Positions 19,634 to 29,619 of a stretch of DNA of 64,000 nucleotides are shown here, piece after piece (the stretch's first letter is position 1; every line of letters begins with the position of its first letter). The stretch is from contig OZ252098.1 in NCBI GenBank assembly GCA_965248355.1, positions 1,792,001 through 1,856,000 of the forward strand, written 5' to 3'. The translations under genes were made by a program, and so were the position numbers. Under the pieces are notes generated by a model. That model searched no databases. It was not told the origin of the DNA and saw only the letters and a list, made by a program, of their open reading frames with translations. The stretch comes from Candidatus Latescibacterota bacterium. Lineage in GTDB: Bacteria > Latescibacterota > UBA2968 > UBA8231.

Positions 19634-20409
19634 CCGATCGTCCAACCACCCGGAACCACCCGGACGGCGAGGCCGTCGTCGAGGTCCGGGACCTGCAGGT
19701 GGCCTACGGTGAGGAGGCGGCACCGGTCCTCGACGGCGTCGACCTCGAGGTCCGCCGGGGCGACATGACCTGCATCGTCGGCGGCTCGGGGTGCGGGAAG
19801 AGCACGCTGCTGAAGACGGTGATCGGCCTCGTCTCCCCTCGTTCCGGCGACCTGAGCCTGCTGGGGGAGCCCCTTCACGAGCTGGCCGAGCCCGAACGCG
19901 ACGCCCTCCTGATGCGGGTGGGGGTGATGTTCCAGTACGGGGCCATGCTCGGCTCTCTGACGGTGGCGGACAACGTGGGCCTGCCCCTGCAGATGCACAC
20001 CGACCTGGAGCCGGATCTGATCGACGACATCATCGATACCCGTCTGCAGCTCGTCGGCCTGGCCGGGAGCGGGGACAAGCTGCCCAGCGAGCTGTCGGGC
20101 GGCATGCGCAAGCGCGCCGCCCTGGCCAGGGCCATGGCCCTGGAGCCGGAGGTCCTGTTCTGTGACGAGCCGGGCGCCGGCCTGGACCCGGTGACCGCCG
20201 CCGGCATCGACCACCTCCTTCTGTCCGTGAACCAGGGGCAGGGAACGACGGTCGTCGTCGTCACCCACGAGTTGCTGAGCATCGAGCGGCTCGACGGCAA
20301 TCTCGTCATGCTCGACTCGGGGCAGGTGGTCTTCGACGGCACGGTGCGCGCCGCCCGGGAGCAGGACCGCGAGGACCTGCGGCGGTTCTTCAACCCGTCG
20401 CAGGCATGA
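19630..20409 (+). CDS. mlaF: MlaF family ABC ATPase
   Basis: GGSGCGKS, LSGGMRKRAALARA, CDEP.AGLDP, VTH. Confidence 0.88.
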   Translation: MTDRPTTRNHPDGEAVVEVRDLQVAYGEEAAPVLDGVDLEVRRGDMTCIVGGSGCGKSTLLKTVIGLVSPRSGDLSLLGEPLHELAEPERDALLMRVGVMFQYGAMLGSLTVADNVGLPLQMHTDLEPDLIDDIIDTRLQLVGLAGSGDKLPSELSGGMRKRAALARAMALEPEVLFCDEPGAGLDPVTAAGIDHLLLSVNQGQGTTVVVVTHELLSIERLDGNLVMLDSGQVVFDGTVRAAREQDREDLRRFFNPSQA

Positions 20410-20882
20410 AGATCTGCCTCATCGCCGCGGTCTCGCCCGATCTGGTGATCGGCCGCGAGGGCGGTCTGCCCTGGCATTATCCGGCGGACATGCGGCACTT
20501 CATGCGCACCACCTTCGGCCATCCCTGTCTCATGGGGAGGCGAACCTACGAGTCCATGCCGCGGAGGCCGCTTCCCGGACGCCCCAACCTGGTGCTGACC
20601 CGCAACCCCGACTTCGCCGCCGCCGCGGGGATGCAGCCCTTCCACGATCTGGAGGCCGCCCTCGACCACTGCCGCCAGGCCGGCCGGTCCCGGGTCTACG
20701 TGTGCGGAGGGGCGAGCGTCTACGCCGAGGCCCTGCCGCTGGCCCGGGAGATGATCCTGACCCACGTGCCGGATCGAGTCGAGGGAGACACCCGCTTCCC
20801 GGAATGGCCGGACCGGGAGTGGACGGTCACAGGGGAGAGCCGCGAGGGGCCGCTGCGTTTCGTCACCTACCGGCGCAGGTGA
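20406..20882 (+). CDS. folA: Dihydrofolate reductase
   Basis: IG..GGLPW..PADM, MGRRTYES, LPGRPN, GG..VY, GDTRFP. Confidence 0.92.
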   Translation: MKICLIAAVSPDLVIGREGGLPWHYPADMRHFMRTTFGHPCLMGRRTYESMPRRPLPGRPNLVLTRNPDFAAAAGMQPFHDLEAALDHCRQAGRSRVYVCGGASVYAEALPLAREMILTHVPDRVEGDTRFPEWPDREWTVTGESREGPLRFVTYRRR

Positions 20883-20910
20883 GGGCCGGGGCCCGCGGCC
20901 CCCTCTCCGC

Positions 20911-22044
20911 TCAGAACACGGACAGCTCCCGCAACCGGGCCACGATTCCCGGCAGGAGCTCGAGCACGCGGTCGATCTCGGCCTCGTCGTTGCCCCATCC
21001 CAGGCTGAAGCGCAGCGCCCCGGCGGCCAGTCGCGGCTCCACGCCCATGGCGAGCAGGACGTGGGACGGATCCGCCGCCCCCTCGGCGCACGCCGACCCG
21101 CTCGAGGCGCAGATCCCCTCCAGGTCGAGGCCGACCAGAACCGCCTCGGCCTCGACGCCGCGGAAGGAGAGGTTGAGGGTGTTGCTCAACCGGTGCGCAG
21201 GGTCTCCGTGGACGGCGACCTCCTCGACGCGCTCCCGCAGACCCGCCTCCAGTCGGTCCCGCAAGCACGCCTCGCGCCGCCCCTGATCGACCATCTCCGC
21301 CCGCCGGATCCCGGCGGCGGCGCCGAACCCGACGATGGCCGCCACGTTCTCGGTGCCGGCGCGCAGCCCGTGCTCGTGGCCTCCTCCGACCTGCCAGGGC
21401 TCCAGGGCCGTGCCCCGGCGCACGTACAGGGCGCCCGCCCCCTTGGGACCGTTGATCTTGTGTGCTGAGAGAGAGACCAGGTCGGCGTTCAGGTCATCGA
21501 CCCGGGTGGGGATCTTGCCGAAGGCCTGCACGGCGTCCACGTGGAAGGGCACGCCGCGGTCGCGCAGGACGGCGCCGATCTCGGAGACCGGCTGGATCGT
21601 CCCGGTCTCGTTGTTGGCCAGGATGAGGGAGACGATCGCCGCGCCCTCGGCCGCGGCGAGAACCCGTTCCGGATCGACCCGGCCCGCTTCGTCCACCGGG
21701 AGGAGGACGACCTCGCGGCCGGCCCGGGCCAGCTCCCCGGCTGCGTGGAGGACGGCGTGGTGCTCGACGGCGGAGACGACGACACGGCCGCTGGAGAGCG
21801 CCGCCGTGCCTCGGAGGGCCCAGTTGTCGGCCTCCGTTCCGCCGCTGGTGAAGTGGACCTCCTCCGGATCGCAGCCGAGCAGTCCGGCGATCTGACAGCG
21901 TCCGCCCTCGACGGCCTCCCGCGCCCTCCGTCCGGGCCCGTGCCGGCTTGAGGGATTGCCGAACTCCCCCGTGAGGTACGGCCACATGGCCTCCCGGACC
22001 TCTGGCCGCACCGGGGTCGTGGCATTGTGGTCGAGGTAGATCAC
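20911..22044 (-). CDS. iscS: Cysteine desulfurase (IscS/NifS group I)
   Basis: YLDHNATT, NNETG, HVDAVQ, SAHKINGPKG, SSGSAC. Confidence 0.88.
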   Translation of the reverse strand: MIYLDHNATTPVRPEVREAMWPYLTGEFGNPSSRHGPGRRAREAVEGGRCQIAGLLGCDPEEVHFTSGGTEADNWALRGTAALSSGRVVVSAVEHHAVLHAAGELARAGREVVLLPVDEAGRVDPERVLAAAEGAAIVSLILANNETGTIQPVSEIGAVLRDRGVPFHVDAVQAFGKIPTRVDDLNADLVSLSAHKINGPKGAGALYVRRGTALEPWQVGGGHEHGLRAGTENVAAIVGFGAAAGIRRAEMVDQGRREACLRDRLEAGLRERVEEVAVHGDPAHRLSNTLNLSFRGVEAEAVLVGLDLEGICASSGSACAEGAADPSHVLLAMGVEPRLAAGALRFSLGWGNDEAEIDRVLELLPGIVARLRELSVF

Positions 22045-23186
22045 CGGTAACGGACCAGGGCGCTGTAGGCGCGGGCGATGAAGGTGCCCCGCAGGCGCTC
22101 GCCGCGGCTGTCGAAGGTGGTGCCGTCCTCGTACACGAAGCGCTCCTCCTCGCCGGGTTCCACGCCGTCGGCGCCGCGGCTGACCACGACGGAGTCGGCG
22201 GCGCTCACGGTGTGCTGCAGCAGGCGGGCGACGGCGGCGTCCACCAGGTCGAGGCCGCGGAACCGCTCCAGCCGCCCCTCGGACTGCAGCTGGTCAAGCT
22301 CCTCCCAGAGGGAGCTCCGGTCCTCCTCGATGCGCGGCGCCGCCAGGAAATAGAGGGTGTAGACCCGGTCGTCCTCGGAGAGGGCCTGCCAGCTGTTCTC
22401 GCCTGGGGCGTAGTACCATCTTCCCCCGTAGGTCGTCTCGTCCACCAGGGTCTGCCTCGAGCCGTCGGAGTTCAGCAGGAAGGCGAAGACCTCGCAGTCC
22501 CTCCGGGCCCGGTAGCGCAGCTGGATCCGGTCCGCCACGGCCAGTCTCCCCCCCTCCTCGAAGTCGATCCTCTCCGGGAACCCCCCCTCGTCCCGCCGCA
22601 CCAGGAGGTGCAGGTCGATCTCCAGCGGTCTCGTCACCTCGGCGGCGACGCCGGTCTGTCGGCGCTGGCGATCGCGGATCAGGCGCGCCAGCTCGACCTC
22701 GGAGATTCGCGTCCCGTGGTCCTGGCGCACTCGGCCGGTAAGTGGATCTGCGAGGACCAGGCGCAGATAGGCCCAGGACCCCTCGATGCGCAGCTGGCCG
22801 CCGGCCACCAGGTCTCCGGGCAGCTCTCTCCAGTCGTCGGGCAGGGACGACTCGCCGGCCCAGTCGAGGTCCTCCGCCAGAGCCGAGCCGGCGATGCCGG
22901 CGTCGGGCTGGGCCACCACTCCGGCGCGCATCGCAGCCGACAGCAGCACCTCGTCGAGAGCCTCGGTCTCGGCGGAGGTGGTCCCGTCGGCGTGCCGGAA
23001 ACCGGCGATGGTGACCGTGCGGCCCTGGTGGGGCCACTCGGAGAGGAGCCTCTCGAGGGAGGCCTCCGCACCCTCTCCCCGGGACCCGTTCCATCCCGGG
23101 AGCCCGCAGCCGAGGGACAGGACCGACGCCGAGAGCACCAGCCGCCCGGCGCGCCGCCAGATCTCCCCGGCCCTTGCCGATCTCAC
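22041..23186 (-). CDS. Hypothetical lipoprotein (possible DUF4384-like C-terminal domain)
   Basis: Lipobox-like LSLGC; DRIQLRYRARRDCEVFAFLLNSDG segment. Confidence 0.5.
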   Translation of the reverse strand: MRSARAGEIWRRAGRLVLSASVLSLGCGLPGWNGSRGEGAEASLERLLSEWPHQGRTVTIAGFRHADGTTSAETEALDEVLLSAAMRAGVVAQPDAGIAGSALAEDLDWAGESSLPDDWRELPGDLVAGGQLRIEGSWAYLRLVLADPLTGRVRQDHGTRISEVELARLIRDRQRRQTGVAAEVTRPLEIDLHLLVRRDEGGFPERIDFEEGGRLAVADRIQLRYRARRDCEVFAFLLNSDGSRQTLVDETTYGGRWYYAPGENSWQALSEDDRVYTLYFLAAPRIEEDRSSLWEELDQLQSEGRLERFRGLDLVDAAVARLLQHTVSAADSVVVSRGADGVEPGEEERFVYEDGTTFDSRGERLRGTFIARAYSALVRYR

Positions 23187-23191
23187 CGGCG

Positions 23192-24949
23192 CTACCCTGC
23201 CCCTTCAAGGCGCCGCAAGACGGGCAGGAACCGCCCTGCGGCGACCCCTTCCCAGCTCATCTCGGAGGCCGCCTCGTGCCCGGTCTCGAGCAGCCTCGCC
23301 CGTTCGTCCTCGGAGGCGGGCAGCGCCTCGGACAGGGCCGCCGCCACCGCGGCGCTGCAGGCGCGCTCCCCGGCCTCCAGAACGCCGGCGTCCAGGGAGC
23401 GGAAGGCCGACGCCTCTTCGTCTCCGAGGCCGTCCCCGGCCCAGCGGGTGTAGTCGCCGCACACGTGGGTGACCGGCCTCCCGGGGACGGCCACCTGGCG
23501 CAGGAAGCCGACACAGCCGCAGGCATCGCTGACCACGCTCAATCCGCCGAAGGCGAGAGCCTCGACCTGGGCGATACCGAAGGGCTCGTAGGTCGACAGC
23601 CCGAACTCGGCGTCGCTGCCCCGCCGCAGGTCCTCGAGGCCCGTTCCCCGGGGCACGGCGCCCCCCGTGCTGCCGGCGTCAAAACCGAACTGGTTGAAGA
23701 ACACCACCTTCGTCCGGCGGCTGCGGGCGTTGTGGGCGCGCATCTGCAGGTCGAGGTGCAACTCCTCAGGAGTCAGGTCGGGATACCCCTCGCGATGCGC
23801 GAGGGGCCATCCGTACTCGGCGCGCATGGCCGCCACGCTCGCCGGCGGACGGGGCTCCGCCCCGCTGGCCAGCACGATCAGCACCCAGGAGCCCGCCGAC
23901 GGCGCAGCGAGCGCCTCGAGTCCTTCCAGAACCTGCAGGTCCCGCCAGAACCCCTTGCTCGGCACGAGCCGGCCCACGTGGGTGAAGACCCCTTGCGGGC
24001 GCCAGCCCAGCAGGCCCTCGGCGAGCCCCGCGAGCCCTTCCCGGGCCCGCCGCCGGTCCGCGGCGCTCAGGGCCGGTGCGGGAGGCAGGCCGTTGTAGAC
24101 CCTGTCGATCTCGATCCTCGAGAACTCCCTGCCGAGGAAGCGCAGCTCCTCGACGACGAGATCGCCCACGGCGAGCACGGCGTGGCACCGCCACGCCCGG
24201 GAGACCAGGGCGTGCTTGAAGAAGTCGTCCTGAGGACCGAAGACGTCCTCCACGAAGCGCCCGGACCGGACCGCCGCGCGCAGGGCGCGGTAGAAGCGAA
24301 CGTCGCCGCCACGGTCCTGCTCGACGAGGCGCCGGGCGGTGGCCACCTCGTGGGCGTAGAACAGGGTGAACACGCCGGGATCGCCGGCCAGGCGCGCCTT
24401 GAGGGCCGTGGGCAGTCCCATGAACTCGTGGGCGAGCACGTGCACCGGCCGGCCGCGTCGGTCGCCGAGCAGGGCGAGGACGGCCTCGTACGCGGGTTCG
24501 GCGAGGCGCACGTACCGCTCGTACTCCCAGTCGCCCTCGTAGCGGTCGGAGGAGAGTCCGTAGACCTTGTAGAGCTGATGCTTGAAGTGGTCCAGCCCCT
24601 TCGGAACGCCGCTCTCCAGGTCGACGAGGAGGACCTCCGGTTCCACCTCGGCCCCGTCGGGGCACCGGAGTCGCCTCCGGCCGTAGAGGAGGCGGACGCC
24701 GCAGCGAGCCTCCACCTCCGCGAGCGCCTCCCCCGCCGTACCGGACCGCAGGCCCTTCCGGTTGTCGTGCAGGAGAGTGCCCTGCGGTCCCAGGGCCTCG
24801 CTGCCGGGGCGTTTCAGGAGCGGGCCGACAAGGATCGTCCGCCGAACCGCCCGCCGGTAGGATGGGGCCGTGATCAATCCGTTGAGGACGGCGCCGATGC
24901 CGCCGACCTTGTGGACCGCCTCGTGGGTGACGTGGACGATGGTGGTCAC
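23192..24949 (-). CDS. GT-B glycosyltransferase, GT3 glycogen-synthase-like
   Basis: THEAVHKVGGI, AHEFMG, STYEPFG; GTG start overlaps upstream TGA. Confidence 0.7.
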   Translation of the reverse strand: MTTIVHVTHEAVHKVGGIGAVLNGLITAPSYRRAVRRTILVGPLLKRPGSEALGPQGTLLHDNRKGLRSGTAGEALAEVEARCGVRLLYGRRRLRCPDGAEVEPEVLLVDLESGVPKGLDHFKHQLYKVYGLSSDRYEGDWEYERYVRLAEPAYEAVLALLGDRRGRPVHVLAHEFMGLPTALKARLAGDPGVFTLFYAHEVATARRLVEQDRGGDVRFYRALRAAVRSGRFVEDVFGPQDDFFKHALVSRAWRCHAVLAVGDLVVEELRFLGREFSRIEIDRVYNGLPPAPALSAADRRRAREGLAGLAEGLLGWRPQGVFTHVGRLVPSKGFWRDLQVLEGLEALAAPSAGSWVLIVLASGAEPRPPASVAAMRAEYGWPLAHREGYPDLTPEELHLDLQMRAHNARSRRTKVVFFNQFGFDAGSTGGAVPRGTGLEDLRRGSDAEFGLSTYEPFGIAQVEALAFGGLSVVSDACGCVGFLRQVAVPGRPVTHVCGDYTRWAGDGLGDEEASAFRSLDAGVLEAGERACSAAVAAALSEALPASEDERARLLETGHEAASEMSWEGVAAGRFLPVLRRLEGAG

Positions 24950-27111
24950 GATCCCACGTAGAAGGGACTCGACCAGGCTCGGGACCCGTCGATCTGGGTC
25001 ACCCGGACATAGTACGGATGAGGGCCGCCGGTGGCGGGCACGGCCTCCGCATATTCGAAGCGGCAACTCCGGCCGCGGCCCACAGGCGCCCGCTCTACCC
25101 GGACCTGGAGACCCTCCCCCCCGGCGTCGTGCACCCAGGGCGCGTGAACGACCTCCTCCAGACCAACCTCGAAGGCGGCGATCTCCGACTCGAAGCGGAG
25201 CCTGGCCCCGGGTCCGGCGTCGAGGTCGAGGAGGACGCCGTCGTCGTCGCCGGAGGTGACCGAGCGCCAGGCCACGCGATTGCAGGTCCGCTCGACGATG
25301 CCCTCGGACGCGCTGTCGAAGGCGTGGCCCGCGGCCGAGAGGATCCTGCCTCCGGAAAGGGTCAGGGATCCGTCCCAGCGCGCCATGCGGTCACGGCCCC
25401 GGATCCTGGCGCCGCTCCAGACGACGCGGAGCCGATCCGGATCCCGCTCGACACTCTCGGGATGGCGGTAGACGCATTCCTTGCCGCACATCACGCGCAC
25501 CTCCTCGATGGCCGCGGTGCCGGTGACCGAGACGGACAGCCGGATGCGGTCGGCGTCGAAGGCCTCTCCCATCCAGCGGGCCCCGTCCTGGGCCCGCACG
25601 TCCAGGTCGATGCGCTGGCCGGTGGTGGCGTAGCAGCGCCGGGCCTTGAGCGCCTCCCAGACGCCCTTCCTAGTCAGCTCGGAGGCCAGCACGCAGGTGA
25701 GCCCGCCGTAGACGCCGAAGGAGGCGGCGCCCGGATAACTGGCCCCCGGACGGCCCTTGTGGTCGTCGCTGCCGGCGACGAACCCCACCTGGCAGCCGCG
25801 CTCCAGGGCCTCCTCCAGGAGCCACTCGAACTGGCCCCAGGCCGAGTAGATCTCGATCACGGGCTCCAGCTCGGGATCGTGGTATCTCAGGTTGGCGGGC
25901 CGGCCGCCGATGTGGGGCACGATCAGGGCCGGCCCCCCCCTGCGCAGTTCTGAGAACAGCTCCTCCACCGGATAGCGATCGCTGTCGAGGTCGTCGCGCT
26001 CGTCCACCTGCCAGTGGCTGGTGCGGTGGATGGGGCGGCCGTCGTCGAGGTAGTAGACGTTGCGGTCGCCCCCCGCGGGCGTCGTGGCCGACCATTCGTA
26101 CCCGGGAAAGACGACGAACCGGCCCGGGTCGTCGAATTCGCGGGCGCCACGGCCGATGCGGTCCCAGAAGGCCGGGGTGATCTGGAAGTCGTTCCCCTGG
26201 TGGCCGGCGAAGTCGAGGAGGGCCACGTCCCGGGCGAAGGCGAGGTAGTCCTCGAGGCTGTTGGTGCCCACGGTCTCCTCGCTCTGTCCGTGCAGGTCCC
26301 CCCAGTACGGCGCGAATGGTTCCCGGCCGTCGACGCAGACCACGGGGTTGCTCTCCGCCTGCAGGGAACCGCTGCGAGCGACCACCCGGCAGGTGCCCGC
26401 GGCTTCCGCAGTGACCCCCGGGATCCGCCGGACACCTCCTTCCCGCCCGGTAAACACCACCTCTTCAGGGACTCCCTCCAGGCCGTCCGGACCTTCGAGG
26501 GCCACCCGCGCCTGGTGGCCGCGGGCGGGATTCCCCCACTCGTCCTCGACCTTTGCGCCGAGGGCGAAGGACTCGCCGCGGACCACGCGGGTCGGCGCGA
26601 TCACGACCAGCCTCGCCGCCGAAGCCGGCACGATCTCGACCACGGGCTGGTCCTCGATCTCGATGAATCGCCCGGTGCCGAAGGGGTCGACACAGACCTT
26701 GAACTCGAAGGTCCTCTCGAGGAAGGTCTGGGCCACCGTCCCCGGCGAGCCCCCGGAGCGGTCCCCGTACACGACCGTGATCCTGTCCCCCTTGGACAGG
26801 GCCCACTCGGAGACGTCGATGACCAGGCACTTCTGCCAGGGACGGATGTAGCCCTTCGGATCCCAGCGGTGGGAGATCCGTCCGGGCCCCTCCGTGGTGA
26901 CCGTGCAGTAGTCGAGGGCCGCGGGATCCTCGGACTGGGGCCGGCCCCAGTCCGAGGCGAATCGCCAGGCGATCTTGAGGGTTCCGCCGTCGTCGATCCC
27001 GTACTCGCCGACGTGGTAGGTGAGGGTGTAGGTCCCCACGCTGCCCGCCACCACGGGTCCCGGCGGCTCCAGCTCCGCCCAGCCCATGTACCGGCCTGTC
27101 CTTCTCGTCAT
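24946..27111 (-). CDS. DUF3604 / PHP-like metallohydrolase
   Basis: YWGDLHGQS, GYEWS, PHIGG, GSDDH, RCYATTG, AWSSP. Confidence 0.75.
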   Translation of the reverse strand: MTRRTGRYMGWAELEPPGPVVAGSVGTYTLTYHVGEYGIDDGGTLKIAWRFASDWGRPQSEDPAALDYCTVTTEGPGRISHRWDPKGYIRPWQKCLVIDVSEWALSKGDRITVVYGDRSGGSPGTVAQTFLERTFEFKVCVDPFGTGRFIEIEDQPVVEIVPASAARLVVIAPTRVVRGESFALGAKVEDEWGNPARGHQARVALEGPDGLEGVPEEVVFTGREGGVRRIPGVTAEAAGTCRVVARSGSLQAESNPVVCVDGREPFAPYWGDLHGQSEETVGTNSLEDYLAFARDVALLDFAGHQGNDFQITPAFWDRIGRGAREFDDPGRFVVFPGYEWSATTPAGGDRNVYYLDDGRPIHRTSHWQVDERDDLDSDRYPVEELFSELRRGGPALIVPHIGGRPANLRYHDPELEPVIEIYSAWGQFEWLLEEALERGCQVGFVAGSDDHKGRPGASYPGAASFGVYGGLTCVLASELTRKGVWEALKARRCYATTGQRIDLDVRAQDGARWMGEAFDADRIRLSVSVTGTAAIEEVRVMCGKECVYRHPESVERDPDRLRVVWSGARIRGRDRMARWDGSLTLSGGRILSAAGHAFDSASEGIVERTCNRVAWRSVTSGDDDGVLLDLDAGPGARLRFESEIAAFEVGLEEVVHAPWVHDAGGEGLQVRVERAPVGRGRSCRFEYAEAVPATGGPHPYYVRVTQIDGSRAWSSPFYVGS

Positions 27112-27204
27112 GTCCATCCCGGAGGGTGTGCCGACTAATGTAAGAAGCCGCTCCGTTTCCGTGTCGCGCCGACCTCTTTGCCGGTCATGTCCGTTCTTGG
27201 TATC

Positions 27205-29619
27205 ATGGCCCCGGTCTTCAAAGTGCCGACCTTCCCAGCTCACATCCTCGAACCCGCGGGCGTCCCAAGGAGCCGCTGGCCGGTCACCGCCGGTCTGCCC
27301 TTCGCCCCCGGGGAGCTGAGGGAGGCCGGGGGCCTGGGCGTCGTCGACGAGGACGGCCGCCCCCTGCCGGCGTGGTCCGACGTACGGGCCCGCTGGCCCG
27401 ACGGCTCTGTGCGCTGGTCGTTGCTGGACCTGCAGGTGGAGATGCGGGCCCAGCAGCGCCTTCGGTTGAATGTCGAGCCCCGCAGCGGCCCCGGCGAATG
27501 CCAGTCCCCTCTGCGCGCCGAGGTTCGGGGCGACGCCATCGACGTGCTCACGGGCGAGATGGCCCTGCGCATCGGCCGGCAGGGCCACCGGCTGATCCGG
27601 TCCGTCTCCAAGGGGCGGCGGGAATTCCTCTCCCCGGGGGGCGACGGGGACCTGACGGCCTGGGACGGAGAGGGAACCGCCTGTTCCGCCCGCATCGAGG
27701 ACGCCGAGATCGAGGAAGCCAACCCCCTCCGCCTGGTGGTCCGTTGCGGGGGCCGCTTCATGGGGCCGGTGGACCCCTTTCTGGGCTTCGAGGCGCGCAT
27801 CACCTGCTTCGCCCACCAGTCTTTCCTGCGCATCGACTTCACCTTCGTCCACGATCTGGACCAACCTCCGGAGTTGCTCCTTCGCAGGCTCGCCCTGCAG
27901 CTTCCCCTGGCTCTGGACCGGACATCGCGCCGGGCTCTGGTGGGCTCCCAGGCCTCGGGGTGGACCTTCCACGATCCCATCGATCTGGCAGCCACGGACA
28001 GCGTCGATCTCACCCAGTGGAACCTGGAGCGTCACTGCCTCCGCTGGGGCGCCGGCCGGCGCGTCGACCGGCGGACGAACTGTCTCGGCTGGCTGCACGT
28101 CGCCGACGGCGAGTCCGGGGTCACGTGCAAGCTGCGCCGCCCCTTCCAGAGCTATCCGAAGAGGTGGGCCTTCGAAGGCGAACGGCTGTGTCTCGAGTTG
28201 TTTCCCGACCTGTCCGGGTTCCTCGGTCCGGAGGGCGGTTCCGGACGGCGGTATACGGAGATCGACTATGCCGGCGGCGTCCGCCACGATCGCCCGTTGC
28301 GGCTGCCCCAGGGCATGGCCCGGACCCACGAGATCTACCTGCACTTCGGTCCCCGGGCCGACGACCCGGCAGAGGTCGACCGCTTCTGTCTGGCCTCCGA
28401 GATGCCCCTGCTCCTGCAGCTGCCCTCCTCCCGCTATGCCGAGACCGGTGTCTTCGGGCCCTTCGCCCCTTTCTCGGAGGACCGCTGGCCCCTGGAGCTC
28501 AAGCTGCGTCGATTCTGCCGCACGCCCAACGGACGGGGCATTCTCAACGACGGCGACCAGGTGCGCCTGGAGAGCCTGCCCGACGGCCGTGTGGTGACGC
28601 GCACCACGGAGAACCTGGCCTACGAGCTGCCGCGCTCGATCCTCTGGCAGTACCTGCGTTCGGGGGATCAGCGTTTGTTCTGGGAGGCCGAGGCGGCGGT
28701 CCGCCACCTGATGGACGTGGACACCGTGCACCACCAGTCGGAGCACCCGGAGTGGATCGGTGGACCCTGCTTCCAGTGGTCGCAGAACCACCACTACACC
28801 AACACCGACGAGACCGCCCTGACCGGACCCCGGACGAGCCACACCTGGCTCGGATCCCTGCTCGACTACTACTTCCTCACCGGCTACCGCCGAGCCCGGC
28901 AGGTCGCCGAGATGTGCGCCGACTACTGCCGCCGCTCCGCCCCCTATCAATGGAGAGAGGAACTCACCCCCGAACGCGCGTCGGCGGCCGCCGACGGCCA
29001 GCCCGTCCACTGGCCTTTCTCCACGCGCAGCGTGGGCTGGGCCCTGACCGGGATGGGCACCTACTACGACGCCTTCCCCGAGGACCGTTTCCTGCCTGCC
29101 ATGGAGGCCCTCGTGGATCTGCTCGAAGTCTGGCAGGACGAACACGGGCGCTGGCGCGACCGGATCGGCACCCACAACCTCGGCGAGACCCCATTCATGG
29201 TCGCCGGCGTTCTCCAGGGCCTGCTGCTCTACCATGGCGCCACCGGAGAGGAGAGAGCCCGCCGGATGATGCTGGCCGGAGCCCGCTTCCTGGCCCGGCA
29301 CGGCCGCACGCCGGAGGGATTGTTCTACTACAAGGAAGCGCCCATCTCCGCCGATCCCCACACCTCCACCGCCATGCTTCTCGGCCCCCTGGCCTGGGCC
29401 CATGAGCAGACCGGCGAGGCCGACCTGCTCGATGCCGGATATCGGATGTTCCGCTGGCTCGTCGACGAGGGAGCGGTCTCCACGTACATGCTGAAGGACC
29501 TCTTCGCCTTCATGCCCCTGCTCGAGGGGCTCGGTCTGCTCGACGACTACGAGCCCTCCCACTTCCGGGCCCCGGCCCCGGGAGAGGGCCCTTCCGGCTC
29601 GAAGGAGATCCCGGGATGA
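27205..29619 (+). CDS. Hypothetical protein, possibly exo-rhamnogalacturonan lyase/YetA-like
   Basis: PVTAGLPFAPG, WPDGSVRW, DVDTVH, SHTW..L.DYY.LTG. Start uncertain: TTGCCG-N17-TATCAT overlaps the ATG, so GTG 27223 is possible. Confidence 0.55.
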   Translation: MAPVFKVPTFPAHILEPAGVPRSRWPVTAGLPFAPGELREAGGLGVVDEDGRPLPAWSDVRARWPDGSVRWSLLDLQVEMRAQQRLRLNVEPRSGPGECQSPLRAEVRGDAIDVLTGEMALRIGRQGHRLIRSVSKGRREFLSPGGDGDLTAWDGEGTACSARIEDAEIEEANPLRLVVRCGGRFMGPVDPFLGFEARITCFAHQSFLRIDFTFVHDLDQPPELLLRRLALQLPLALDRTSRRALVGSQASGWTFHDPIDLAATDSVDLTQWNLERHCLRWGAGRRVDRRTNCLGWLHVADGESGVTCKLRRPFQSYPKRWAFEGERLCLELFPDLSGFLGPEGGSGRRYTEIDYAGGVRHDRPLRLPQGMARTHEIYLHFGPRADDPAEVDRFCLASEMPLLLQLPSSRYAETGVFGPFAPFSEDRWPLELKLRRFCRTPNGRGILNDGDQVRLESLPDGRVVTRTTENLAYELPRSILWQYLRSGDQRLFWEAEAAVRHLMDVDTVHHQSEHPEWIGGPCFQWSQNHHYTNTDETALTGPRTSHTWLGSLLDYYFLTGYRRARQVAEMCADYCRRSAPYQWREELTPERASAAADGQPVHWPFSTRSVGWALTGMGTYYDAFPEDRFLPAMEALVDLLEVWQDEHGRWRDRIGTHNLGETPFMVAGVLQGLLLYHGATGEERARRMMLAGARFLARHGRTPEGLFYYKEAPISADPHTSTAMLLGPLAWAHEQTGEADLLDAGYRMFRWLVDEGAVSTYMLKDLFAFMPLLEGLGLLDDYEPSHFRAPAPGEGPSGSKEIPG

